From a virus (taxonomy: Duplodnaviria; Caudoviricetes), in the IMG/VR virus record IMGVR_UViG_3300005805_000086, positions 1,547-65,546 of that record: a stretch of DNA of 64,000 bases. One strand, written 5' to 3'. Both the position numbers and the translations under genes were made by a program. The notes beneath the pieces were generated by a model that did no database searches, was not told where the DNA came from, and saw only the letters and a list, made by a program, of their open reading frames with translations. Each line of letters starts with the position of its first letter. Within the stretch, counting starts at the first letter, position 1. Of the stretch, positions 55,255 through 64,000 are shown one piece after another.

Positions 55255-58200
55255 TTAACCCAATGATGACTTAGATATTTTACCCAAGGCAACACTATTG
55301 AGTGTAAATCTGAATAGATTCTCTGATGAGTGGCTTATCGAAAATCCCATTGGGCGGGAAAATTCCAATAATTCCAATACTGCATCAGATGTCCTTGATG
55401 CGGTACCAGTGCCGTCCGTTGTGCTTCCACTAGGAGCGGAATTGGCTACGACTATTCTATGTGGTGATGATGTTGTAACAGAAACAACACTGAATGTTCC
55501 ATTATACTCCGATGGGGATAATCCACGTACGGTAACTATATCCCCAGCAGCAAAGCCATGGGCTGCTGACGTTGTGTATTGCACCTGGCCGGACGAGGGC
55601 GTATTCCTCACAGCAGCAGTAATACTTGCAGGGGCGCCAGTATCTGGGGTCTCTCTCGCGAGAGTCATTACATGTATTTTCCATGGATCATTCATGTAAG
55701 TGGTAAGCACAGCAATTGAACGATTCTCAACTATTGTATTGAGTATCTGCGTACTAACTGCAGTATTTAGGGTTCCATCTGTATTTATTTTCTTAACTTC
55801 TGGGTAAAACTCTCCACAAACAAAAACTTCATTACTATCATTAACAACTATAGAATTAATTTCATTAATTGACGACGACCCAAAGTTATATAATTCAATA
55901 TTATTATTAAATCTTGAATCAATATCCCCGTCCTCCATCAGTCTAGCCAATCGATTGCTTGGAATTGAGAATTGACCGCCAATAACTATTTTATCATCGC
56001 CATCAATAGCAACTGCATTTATTTGTCCGTCTATTGAATATGTCGTCTGCAGGGGATTAGTTCCAGTTTCATCAATTGTGAAATTTTCGCTACGAGGAAT
56101 GAGTTTCCAGAATGTTCCACCATTCGTGGTCCCATCAGTAACAAAAATCGTTGGCTCATTTAGTATTTCTGATGCCTGATTAAAATCAGTAGCCCGAGTA
56201 AATACATTTGACGTAAGCGTATATATTCCATTTTGCTCACCGCGTGCCACTGCGGTTCCATTTATTTCCGTAACTGCATCATCAGTTGACTCAAGGACTT
56301 GGAATGTAGTTTCGGTTACGTTAGTTATTTCATAAAGCTGATTATATGCCCCGGGGACGATCCCATTTATTAAAACATAGTTACCTACGGAGAAGCCATG
56401 TGCCGACAATGTCGTAAATTCAACCGTTCCAGTACTTGGATGTCCAGGAACGACGTTAGTTATCGTAGCTGTTAGTTCTTGATTTTTTACTAAAATCCTT
56501 GAGTTTGGCGGAATGTATGCAACAGCAACACCATCAATTGACCCAGTAAAGTAGGATAAATCACTTATAGCTGAAGTTGTTGCCAAATAAACTGGCTCTA
56601 CAGTTTTGCCGATTGTGCTAGAAAAAGTTGTATCTTCAGTTCCATCGATATTCAAGCGTGCTATATATCGTGTCGGCTTACTAAATTGACCAACAGCGAT
56701 AATTTTTCCGTCAGACTGAATATCTACGTCAAGAACAGATCCATTTAATACCGTGGATGCATTTGCCGTGAATGCCGCCACCTCATTGCCATCTTCGTCA
56801 AATTTGGCAATGAATGATGATGGTGAACCGAATGATCCGCCAACAATAATGTCTCCATTGCTGGGGCTTATCGCGATACATTTGACTTCCGAATCTATGG
56901 CCCCAGAAATGTTTGTATTAAATGTTGTATCTGGATCTCCACTTGAATCAACTTTAAGTAGGTATTCTGTAAAGTTTCCAGCAACTATTATTTTTCCGTC
57001 ATCAAGTATTTGAATATCATTTACTTCTCCGTCAAATAACGCTCCTGCATCAAAATCATCATCGATTGACCCATCAATATTAAGCCTAGCCAAATAATCC
57101 CTAGTTGATCCATCAACTGAGGTAAAAGCACCTCCACATACAATTTTTCCATCAGATTGAGCCCTTACAGCATAAATGTCATCATCAAATCCAGTACCCT
57201 GATTCGTATATGCATCGGTATCAAGAGTTCCGTCATAATTAAATTGCCAGACGTTCCTTTGAACATCGCTAATTACAATTCCGGTCCTGATTGGTTTATG
57301 TGCAACGATAATTCTGTTATTAACCGAAAGGTCAATTGACTGAGCTCTGCCAGATAGGGCAAGTGATGCGGCAGCAGTTAATGAATCAGTACTTCCAGCA
57401 TTAATTCCATGATTGCGGCTTGATAGCTGCCAATACCTAAATAAATCTATGTCGATATTATTTACTAGGAGCTGATTTGTTATTTTATTTCCAGAAAATT
57501 GTCCCAACCAAGGAAGGTTTTCTTCAGTTACATGAAGTGGATTAACTAATGTGCTGTTTGCCCAATCCTCCAAGCCGTCCGCTACTACTGGCAACTCGGG
57601 AAGTGAGTACTGAAATATGTCCCTATATTTTACAAGAGACTGATCTGCCGCATATGTAAGCACATCGAAAAGTTTATAAAATGTGTATTCAGGATCTTGC
57701 TGTTGATCAATATCCCAATAGAAGTGTGGAATATATTGCGCGCGACCATTTTGTACAAAGTTATTTGCACTCCATCCGTAAATATTTATTAAGCATGGAT
57801 ATGTCATATGCAATGTATTCCCATTATGTCCAGAAATACGTACCGCCATTGAAACCGAGTCAGTGCTACGACCCTCAACTTCTGGTGAAGTAAATTCAGC
57901 ACTCCGCGTAACCCCATATACATTAATATCTGTTATCGTCGTAGCACCTTGATAGGTGGATTCATTACCACCTGATCTAAATATTGAGCTCACAACAGAG
58001 ACTCTGTCTGTTAATGATTTTACGAGAGCATGAAATAAAATTGTATGAGAATTGAATATGTCAGTAATTTCAACATCGTTCAATCTGAGAACTACTGGGT
58101 CTGTCGTGTTTGTCGGTCTAATAAGAAGTGTGTAGTGCGTAAGGTATTTTTTTTCCAAAGCAGAAACCGCAATTGTCCCATTGTCTATTGTCCAATCAGT

Positions 58201-58290
58201 TGGGTAATTGTCAACAGGGACAAGAACATCACTTTCGTCAAGTGCAGAAAGTGATTGATATATGGAAAGAAGGTTCGGTGTCCTGCTCAT
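55255..58290 (-). CDS. Baseplate wedge (P2 gpI-like) protein with inserted delta-60 propeller repeats and small beta domains
   Basis: Follows the baseplate J gene; LVNP...ENLPWLGQFSG; repeats QSDGKIV..G.F...LARLNIDG..D..F. Confidence 0.7.
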   Translation of the reverse strand: MSRTPNLLSIYQSLSALDESDVLVPVDNYPTDWTIDNGTIAVSALEKKYLTHYTLLIRPTNTTDPVVLRLNDVEITDIFNSHTILFHALVKSLTDRVSVVSSIFRSGGNESTYQGATTITDINVYGVTRSAEFTSPEVEGRSTDSVSMAVRISGHNGNTLHMTYPCLINIYGWSANNFVQNGRAQYIPHFYWDIDQQQDPEYTFYKLFDVLTYAADQSLVKYRDIFQYSLPELPVVADGLEDWANSTLVNPLHVTEENLPWLGQFSGNKITNQLLVNNIDIDLFRYWQLSSRNHGINAGSTDSLTAAASLALSGRAQSIDLSVNNRIIVAHKPIRTGIVISDVQRNVWQFNYDGTLDTDAYTNQGTGFDDDIYAVRAQSDGKIVCGGAFTSVDGSTRDYLARLNIDGSIDDDFDAGALFDGEVNDIQILDDGKIIVAGNFTEYLLKVDSSGDPDTTFNTNISGAIDSEVKCIAISPSNGDIIVGGSFGSPSSFIAKFDEDGNEVAAFTANASTVLNGSVLDVDIQSDGKIIAVGQFSKPTRYIARLNIDGTEDTTFSSTIGKTVEPVYLATTSAISDLSYFTGSIDGVAVAYIPPNSRILVKNQELTATITNVVPGHPSTGTVEFTTLSAHGFSVGNYVLINGIVPGAYNQLYEITNVTETTFQVLESTDDAVTEINGTAVARGEQNGIYTLTSNVFTRATDFNQASEILNEPTIFVTDGTTNGGTFWKLIPRSENFTIDETGTNPLQTTYSIDGQINAVAIDGDDKIVIGGQFSIPSNRLARLMEDGDIDSRFNNNIELYNFGSSSINEINSIVVNDSNEVFVCGEFYPEVKKINTDGTLNTAVSTQILNTIVENRSIAVLTTYMNDPWKIHVMTLARETPDTGAPASITAAVRNTPSSGQVQYTTSAAHGFAAGDIVTVRGLSPSEYNGTFSVVSVTTSSPHRIVVANSAPSGSTTDGTGTASRTSDAVLELLEFSRPMGFSISHSSENLFRFTLNSVALGKISKSSLG

Positions 58291-58292
58291 TT

Positions 58293-59972
58293 CTATACTG
58301 TCCGACCAGTAGCATTAATCATTATTGCGCCATTAAAGCCATTATTTGAAGCAGAATAAGTGGATGTTATGTCCGCATATGTTGGCTCAAGATCGACGCC
58401 AATTGTCTCTCCGTCTATTTCCGATACCGCAAATACAAGGCCCGCATTATCGTCGCCTTCGCTCACCAGGATAGCCCTATCAATGACAAAATTGATTTCA
58501 TCATCATAGTCCGTTGCTCTAGTTAATACGTATGGGACACTAACTGTACCAGCAGTTGTTACTTTGTAAATTCCATTATGTTTTGCATTTGCTTGATCTT
58601 TTACGAGTATCCTGTCATGCAGAACAGCATTCACCCCATCTATCGCCAGAATTCCATTGCTCGCCGCAGTTAGTGTTGCTCCAACGCCATTCGTTCCATT
58701 GCTATAAGTAGGAGAAAATGTTAATGCTGTAGTTGTTGCTAGACGGACACTTTTTGCTGCCTTGCCAACAATTGGAAGCGTGGCCTTATGAATGAATTCC
58801 AAATCACCGTTGGTATCTAATGAATATCCATCCGTGTAGTCAACAAATTCAATTCGACCAACAGATAGAACTCCATCGAGTGATGATGCAACAGTTGCAA
58901 CAAGAGACTTACGGAGATGTTGTTCTGCTAGTGGGAAATTCTCACGACTGATGGCATTAAAGATGAATTCTCTCAGGAGTATTTTTAATGCTGTTTCATC
59001 AAATGAATTATCGTAAATGATATCTATTTCAATATCAACACTTAGCTCATGAAAATCATCAATACCAACAGATATGCCAGCAATAGATTTATTTGTTACA
59101 TCGGCAACAATCGATGTTTTTTCAGCACTCGGCAACAGCTGTTTATTTCCGTACGCATATATAGTTATATACCCAGTATCATTTGTTCCACCAATGCGCG
59201 TTGACCCACCAGAACCAGTATCATCATATTTCGTTAGGTCAAGAACAAGGCAACGTCCAACACTGTCATAATTTGCAAGAATATAAGATTGCACCTGCTT
59301 GGCTGTCACTAGCGTCTCATTTAAAGAGGCCATAAATGTGCGTGCCCTACTGAGATATGCAATATCCGACTCTGGTTCGACACCATTAACAAATGGATAA
59401 GTGTCATCGGGCGGGTCAGGAATAGTTATTGATGATGCGACAACAACTGAACCAAGATCACTAACTACGCTCAATGGAGTTAGAACATCGCCAGCCGTAA
59501 GAACTGGGTGTATTCCAACATTCTGCGAATACAAAACAACTTGCTCTGTTTGTGGGGTGCTGACATGTTCGGGAATGGTTACATCTTCAGCAAGCTGAAA
59601 CGTGTACTGGGTTGAAATTCCGCCAATTGTCTCTACGTAACCAAATACCGTGCCAGATGGAATGAATGTTTCATCATCATTATCGCGTGCAGTCATATCA
59701 ACAACAACTCGCGCCCTAGTGCCAAAACGCCGATCCATGCCGATCATCTTGACTAGGCCCTCCATCAGCCGTGGGGGCAATCTATTGATTGAACCAACAG
59801 ATAGGGCGGACATGTAGGCAAATGCCTGGAATAGGGCATCTTCCGGAGTGCCTTGACGCAGAGTGAACTCCGGAAGAGTCCTACGCGCCAGCTCTATTGC
59901 CCCAAGGTAGATGTCAACTGGTTGGACGTCATAGATCGTGAGGTCAACATATGGACTAAAATCTGCTGCCAT
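58293..59972 (-). CDS. Baseplate J-like (gp47) protein with C-terminal appended fibre domain
   Basis: LRQGTPEDALF, IPSGTVF, NG..PESD..YLSR; C-terminal VRLATT..DRILVKDQ..NGIY. Confidence 0.85.
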   Translation of the reverse strand: MAADFSPYVDLTIYDVQPVDIYLGAIELARRTLPEFTLRQGTPEDALFQAFAYMSALSVGSINRLPPRLMEGLVKMIGMDRRFGTRARVVVDMTARDNDDETFIPSGTVFGYVETIGGISTQYTFQLAEDVTIPEHVSTPQTEQVVLYSQNVGIHPVLTAGDVLTPLSVVSDLGSVVVASSITIPDPPDDTYPFVNGVEPESDIAYLSRARTFMASLNETLVTAKQVQSYILANYDSVGRCLVLDLTKYDDTGSGGSTRIGGTNDTGYITIYAYGNKQLLPSAEKTSIVADVTNKSIAGISVGIDDFHELSVDIEIDIIYDNSFDETALKILLREFIFNAISRENFPLAEQHLRKSLVATVASSLDGVLSVGRIEFVDYTDGYSLDTNGDLEFIHKATLPIVGKAAKSVRLATTTALTFSPTYSNGTNGVGATLTAASNGILAIDGVNAVLHDRILVKDQANAKHNGIYKVTTAGTVSVPYVLTRATDYDDEINFVIDRAILVSEGDDNAGLVFAVSEIDGETIGVDLEPTYADITSTYSASNNGFNGAIMINATGRTV

Positions 59973-60277
59973 TAGCTTCTTCTCCTAAATGAGAAAGAAA
60001 TTGTACTATCTCCTTGTGCATCAATATTATTCTCAACCTGCAATATTTGAATTTCTGGAACGTATCTAGATGCATTGATTATGAACTGCCCACGATCTGC
60101 CATATTGAAGGTTGGATCATATACACCAAAATCGGGAGTAATCCTTAACACATTTGGTTCCGTAAGTGCGGAAATGCTGAGCATTTGCTTGTAGTAGTCG
60201 TCGCTACCATCTTGCAATTTTTTTAATCCACTGATGTCAAATTCAAGTGGAAATTTCAACGAGTCCATAGGCACCAA
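59972..60277 (-). CDS. Baseplate wedge gp25/GpW-like protein
   Basis: LKFP, TEP...TPDFG..DP; position immediately upstream of J (start may be ATG 60268). Confidence 0.7.
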   Translation of the reverse strand: MVPMDSLKFPLEFDISGLKKLQDGSDDYYKQMLSISALTEPNVLRITPDFGVYDPTFNMADRGQFIINASRYVPEIQILQVENNIDAQGDSTISFSFRRRS

Positions 60278-60311
60278 CCAACATAAGGGAGTTCACTACC
60301 AATATGATACT

Positions 60312-60470
60312 TTACTCTTTGCTTTCTGGAGTCGTATCCGCCTTATTGGAAAGTGCCAATTTTAGTGAATACACTGTTGCCTCCAGTACCGCAATCCGCT
60401 GCGCCTGTATTGCTACCTGATTGGTCAACGATTCGATAATCTTGTTGACGTCAATCTGCATGTCGCTCAT
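60312..60470 (-). CDS. Small coiled-coil protein, not in the ORF track
   Basis: Manual translation begins MSDMQIDVNKIIESLTNQVA and ends KADTTPESKE (52 aa); ATGA coupling with the upstream gene. Confidence 0.7.
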   Translation of the reverse strand: MSDMQIDVNKIIESLTNQVAIQAQRIAVLEATVYSLKLALSNKADTTPESKE

Positions 60471-62017
60471 TTGTTCTCCAGTGTCTCTATCCGTTGTTTT
60501 AGAAGCGTAATCGTAGCATCCATTTCCTTAATGGCAGCAACGGTAACAGCGACCATCGCAATGCTGTCCAACCCAGTAAATTCATCATTTTCCCCAATAA
60601 TCGCGGCCCCAGGCACAACCTCTCCCACTTCCTGTGAGATGAATCCTAAGTTTCCAATTTCCCAGTTTTTTGTCCATTGGCATGGATTTTCTGCCGTACC
60701 CGCGCAATTATCACGAGCACAGTCATGTCTCAATTCATCAGACTTATATGGCTCTAGTCCATTCTCTTTGCGCAATTTATTGAGACGAGCAAGAGCAAGC
60801 GCTCTTCTTGGATTTTCGGGAAGTTGATAGAAATGTTCATCCTCCTTCCACCTGTAAGTAACTGGTCGCAGCCTCCTCACAATGTCTAAGCCAGTATCAA
60901 GTTCCAATTCATTTACTGCTGCCCCAACAGATTTTATAATTTTAGGAAAATCCTCAATATCCTGTTTGAGGTGAATTGATGAAACGTTAGTAACATATCC
61001 TTCAATCGTCACATATGCCGAATCAATTGCATTGCGTAAATATATTGTGTTATTTCCTGCACCAACTCTTAATTGTGGCGCAACACCGCTTGCCCACATT
61101 GCCACACCGGCACCATTGCCTCCAATGCCAGATTGAAGTCCCTGCTCGGTATGCGCGTCGGCATCGCCATTTCCATTCATTCGGACATAGGTGCCAGTAA
61201 AGGTTGTTGCATTTGACGAGCCAGCAGAACTTACGCTGAAGTTACTTGGACTGTAGACGTAGTGGTTTGTTCCATCATTCCCTCCCCATAGCCAGTTTGG
61301 TTGTCCCCCTTGTCCGGACCAATAAAACGTCATTCCGGTTCCGCTACCACCATTTTGAGCAAGCGTGCTCGCCTTCGTTGCGGTTCCGCTCAATGATGCC
61401 GTAATAGTTCCAGCAGTAAAGTTTCCGGAGGCATCTCGTGCAACAATTGCGCTTGCCGTATTAGAAGAGGTGGCGGTTGTTGCAGAGTTTGAGACCTTAG
61501 ACGCTGTTGAAATTGTTGCGAGTTTTGTATCAGCAATTGCAGCGGAAGAACTAATATCCCCATTGACAATTGTTCCATCAAGAATCATTGTGCTGGTCAC
61601 GGTTCCGGTATCGCCAGTTGTGACCACTGTGCCTGTTGTATTTGGAAGTGTAAGAGTTCTATTTGCACTTAATGTTGCTGGAGTCATTGTTACCGTATAG
61701 GATGATGTTCCACCAGCACGGCCAGCAATCGCAATGCCATCCTGCGTTGCTGCGGCACGTGTTTCTACACGACCGATAACATCAAGGGGGTGCGCTGGAG
61801 ACGCCGTACCAATCCCAACTCGATTATTTGTCGCATCTACATAAAGCGTATTGGTGTCTACCGTCAAGTCACCACTAATGACCAGCTGGGTGAGGGTCCC
61901 CAGTGAGGTGACATTCGGATAAGCGCCGCTGACTGCTGATGCCGGTATTGTTCCTTCAAGTATCCTGGAGCCATCTATGTAGAGAGGATTGCTGAATAAT
62001 GGATTTCTATTAGACAT
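60467..62017 (-). CDS. Tail fibre/spike with C-terminal intramolecular chaperone (peptidase S74)
   Basis: SSIHLKQDI autocleavage motif, LRPVTYRWK, GFISQEV, terminal coiled coil. Confidence 0.88.
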   Translation of the reverse strand: MSNRNPLFSNPLYIDGSRILEGTIPASAVSGAYPNVTSLGTLTQLVISGDLTVDTNTLYVDATNNRVGIGTASPAHPLDVIGRVETRAAATQDGIAIAGRAGGTSSYTVTMTPATLSANRTLTLPNTTGTVVTTGDTGTVTSTMILDGTIVNGDISSSAAIADTKLATISTASKVSNSATTATSSNTASAIVARDASGNFTAGTITASLSGTATKASTLAQNGGSGTGMTFYWSGQGGQPNWLWGGNDGTNHYVYSPSNFSVSSAGSSNATTFTGTYVRMNGNGDADAHTEQGLQSGIGGNGAGVAMWASGVAPQLRVGAGNNTIYLRNAIDSAYVTIEGYVTNVSSIHLKQDIEDFPKIIKSVGAAVNELELDTGLDIVRRLRPVTYRWKEDEHFYQLPENPRRALALARLNKLRKENGLEPYKSDELRHDCARDNCAGTAENPCQWTKNWEIGNLGFISQEVGEVVPGAAIIGENDEFTGLDSIAMVAVTVAAIKEMDATITLLKQRIETLENK

Positions 62018-62379
62018 TATTCAATCCTATTCACAAAGCCAGTTATTGTAATTAGATTTCCAGTTCCTGCAAAAGCCCTCACAGACCGTGTGGCACTGCC
62101 AGTTCCAGACAAAATAAGCCCTGGGGATATCAGCGACAAACCAGTCTTACTTGGGATTGACGCTTTAATGTGATTATCGGGTGACGTTGTTCCGCCAAAT
62201 TCAATAGTGAGCTCAATCGATCCGGTGTGTGAATTGTATGCGTATAGCCAAATTTCATCAACAATATCTGATGATGTTTCGGTTGAATGTATGAGCGTTC
62301 CTGGTGTCGCTGTTGCCGCCACCTTGATTGCTGTGCCGCCAGATGAACCAGATAGATGATGTTTTGAGTAGGTGGTCAT
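62017..62379 (-). CDS. Small virion structural protein
   Basis: 120-aa beta-rich ORF coupled within the tail operon. Confidence 0.65.
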   Translation of the reverse strand: MTTYSKHHLSGSSGGTAIKVAATATPGTLIHSTETSSDIVDEIWLYAYNSHTGSIELTIEFGGTTSPDNHIKASIPSKTGLSLISPGLILSGTGSATRSVRAFAGTGNLITITGFVNRIE

Positions 62380-62387
62380 AATCTGTC

Positions 62388-62693
62388 CTAGGAAAAAATT
62401 TGCGAAGCCAGAATTATGGACGAGTCTATACCGCCATTATGGCCATATGTACCAAATACTGCCATTTCCCTTTGCTGGCCATCGAGAAAACCGCAAATAA
62501 CCTTATCATTTTTCTCTGGAGCAAACACGCCTGACATAATTTTGCAATTTGATATAACAATATTCAGCTTGGGGACGGTCACGTCAACTGTTCCATTTGA
62601 ATTTACATTCCGTATCCTGCCAACATATGTTTCATTTGGCTTTGTGGGGTGCTGGGAGCCTTTGCTCGTAGATACTTGACGCATATCAGGCAT
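62388..62693 (-). CDS. Baseplate spike (gpV-like) N-terminal OB-fold protein
   Basis: YVGRI......VDVTVPKL.......P..NDKVICGFLDG; located after the hub gene. Confidence 0.55.
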   Translation of the reverse strand: MPDMRQVSTSKGSQHPTKPNETYVGRIRNVNSNGTVDVTVPKLNIVISNCKIMSGVFAPEKNDKVICGFLDGQQREMAVFGTYGHNGGIDSSIILASQIFS

Positions 62694-62787
62694 ATAGATA
62701 CCTACTCCTCGGTAAATGTCAAAATATATAATACCAGGACTATTTGTTTTGGGTAATTATCACATAGACGGTCATTTTTGTTCAAAT

Positions 62788-63480
62788 TTATATTAGAGAA
62801 GACGGTCCTATTTCTCCAACCTTATAGGGGATAATTTTCCCATCCTCGCGCTCTGGGCTGGCAAATGAAATACTTACTGGTTCTCTTGTCAGCTGGTCAA
62901 ACGAAACTTCGGTGATCAGGAATGGCCTATTATCAAACATTGGTATACCAAATAGTAGAACTGTCATTCCTGGACGAAGTGCCGATCCAGAAATGAAGTC
63001 TATTTGTGCACTCCCATCAGCGGCAAGGGGATCATCTTCTGATTGGCGCAACTGGGGGCATTGGTATAGTTGAAAAGCACCTCTTGTTGGTTCAAATATT
63101 TTACGAATATCAGGATCAGAGTTAGTTATCCCCGGGGGCCACTCGAGTGGAATTACGTTGAATGGTAAAATCGACGATTTATTTGTCTGTGGATCAACAT
63201 AGTCAAGACTTACTTGGCTTGCCCCCCATTTCCCTATCAGCCTATGTTGTGATACAAAGAATAGAATCCCGTCAGATTCGAATAGAAGGAACTTGGCATC
63301 ACTGGCGAGGTTTTCTAAAACCGTCCAAGTGGAATCGGCCTGCTGATCACCACTCGCCTTATTGATATTTTTATTCTTTGACGTTTTTTGTACCGCATAT
63401 CTTAATTTATATTGTTTTGCAGCAGCAAGAAGATCACTTTCCTCATCATAAGTAAAATTAGGAATGAGAGTGGTTTGCAT
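62788..63480 (-). CDS. Baseplate hub (gpD/gp44-like) protein, apparently lacking its normal N-terminus
   Basis: WTVLENLA...FESDGILFF, LRPGMTV.L.G....FLITEVSF; only 230 aa from ATG 63480. Confidence 0.55.
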   Translation of the reverse strand: MQTTLIPNFTYDEESDLLAAAKQYKLRYAVQKTSKNKNINKASGDQQADSTWTVLENLASDAKFLLFESDGILFFVSQHRLIGKWGASQVSLDYVDPQTNKSSILPFNVIPLEWPPGITNSDPDIRKIFEPTRGAFQLYQCPQLRQSEDDPLAADGSAQIDFISGSALRPGMTVLLFGIPMFDNRPFLITEVSFDQLTREPVSISFASPEREDGKIIPYKVGEIGPSSLI

Positions 63481-63483
63481 AGT

Positions 63484-63564
63484 CTCCTTTGCTTGTGTCT
63501 CTGTATTATAGGGCATCTGCTGCCCCTGCGGTGCTTTACTGTGCCACCTATACAACTGGCACAG
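63484..63564 (-). promoter_or_regulatory. Early-type promoter block: inverted repeat, TATAAT and SD
   Basis: CTGTGCCA (63539-46) / TGGCACAG (63557-64); -10 TATAAT at 63505-63510 (minus strand); GGAG at 63484-63487 before ATG 63480. Confidence 0.55.
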
Positions 63565-63593
63565 TCTCACAGTAGTCTCAAGTGATTTGTAAA

Positions 63594-64000
63594 TTATGTA
63601 GCAGAGAGTTCCCCTTTCACGAAGACAGCATTAACAACATTCTGGAGTTGATTGGCAATTTTATCACCATAGTTATTGTTAACAGGAACAACAATCTTAC
63701 CAAAGGATTTCTTGTAGAACTGATAACTACCTGCTGCAATCTTACCTTCTTGAATTGCTTTACGATCATCACGGTGCATACGCACAACTCGACCAATAGT
63801 TTGGCACATTTCGATCCACGGCAGATTGCGAAGCATAATGCAATGCGTCAATCCATGAACATTGATACCCTCACTGAGAATAGAGTAATGAAACACGATC
63901 ATCTTTTGGTCAGGGTCATTTCCATATTCATTCATCAACTCAAAGAACTTCTCACGGGAGACTTTCTTTTTGTTTACATAGTTTTTAAAGAATCTAGTTT
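63594..64000 (-). CDS. SF2 helicase, C-terminal part (5' end outside the window)
   Basis: Frame open to the window edge; ILSEGINV (motif V) and QTIGRVVR (motif VI). Confidence 0.85.
   Translation of the reverse strand, partial: TRFFKNYVNKKKVSREKFFELMNEYGNDPDQKMIVFHYSILSEGINVHGLTHCIMLRNLPWIEMCQTIGRVVRMHRDDRKAIQEGKIAAGSYQFYKKSFGKIVVPVNNNYGDKIANQLQNVVNAVFVKGELSAT

Noticed and set aside
63481-63570. Track N-terminus MRLCQLYRWHSKAPQGQQMPYNTETQAKET of the hub ORF
   Set aside because: This stretch contains the inverted repeat, -10 box and SD, so it reads as promoter DNA rather than coding sequence.
1-64000. Stop-codon reassignment as reported in some large phages
   Set aside because: Conserved genes (nrdJ, SNF2, primase, baseplate) are intact in code 11 and use TAA, TAG and TGA as stops; no suppressor tRNA was seen.

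Overview
The whole window is tailed-phage DNA, most likely part of a large contractile-tailed (myovirus-type) phage of Actinobacteria. Host evidence: three WhiB genes, an actinobacterial-type SSB, an LPxTG sortase substrate and Thr/Pro-linker secreted proteins. Tail evidence: baseplate J-like and gp25-like genes. No integrase, CRISPR array or rRNA was seen. Layout: (1) 1-9372, the 3' part of a giant (>3100 aa) multi-module protein whose modules are separated by nine GSKS(S/T/R)T motifs; (2) 9.4-33 kb, replication, nucleotide and regulatory genes (SNF2 helicase, deaminase, class II RNR, primase-helicase, SSB, DUF932, proteasome-beta/HslV-like protease, phosphoesterase), three tRNAs (Asn-GTT, Ile-TAT, Ile2-CAT) and three tandem exported lytic transglycosylases behind a highly structured 5' leader; (3) 33-63 kb, a minus-strand late operon of surface proteins, lysis genes, GT2 and 2OG oxygenase, three His-x-His tail-collar fibres, a collagen-like fibre and baseplate genes; (4) from about 63430 to the end, sequence that looks foreign (early-type promoter plus SF2 helicase) joined to a truncated baseplate hub gene, possibly an assembly chimera. 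Strongest leads: the putative self-delimited effector polyprotein, the riboswitch-like leader with its secreted transglycosylase triplet, the dual AUA-decoding tRNAs and the sortase-anchored surface protein. All family assignments come from motif recognition by eye; no database search was run.
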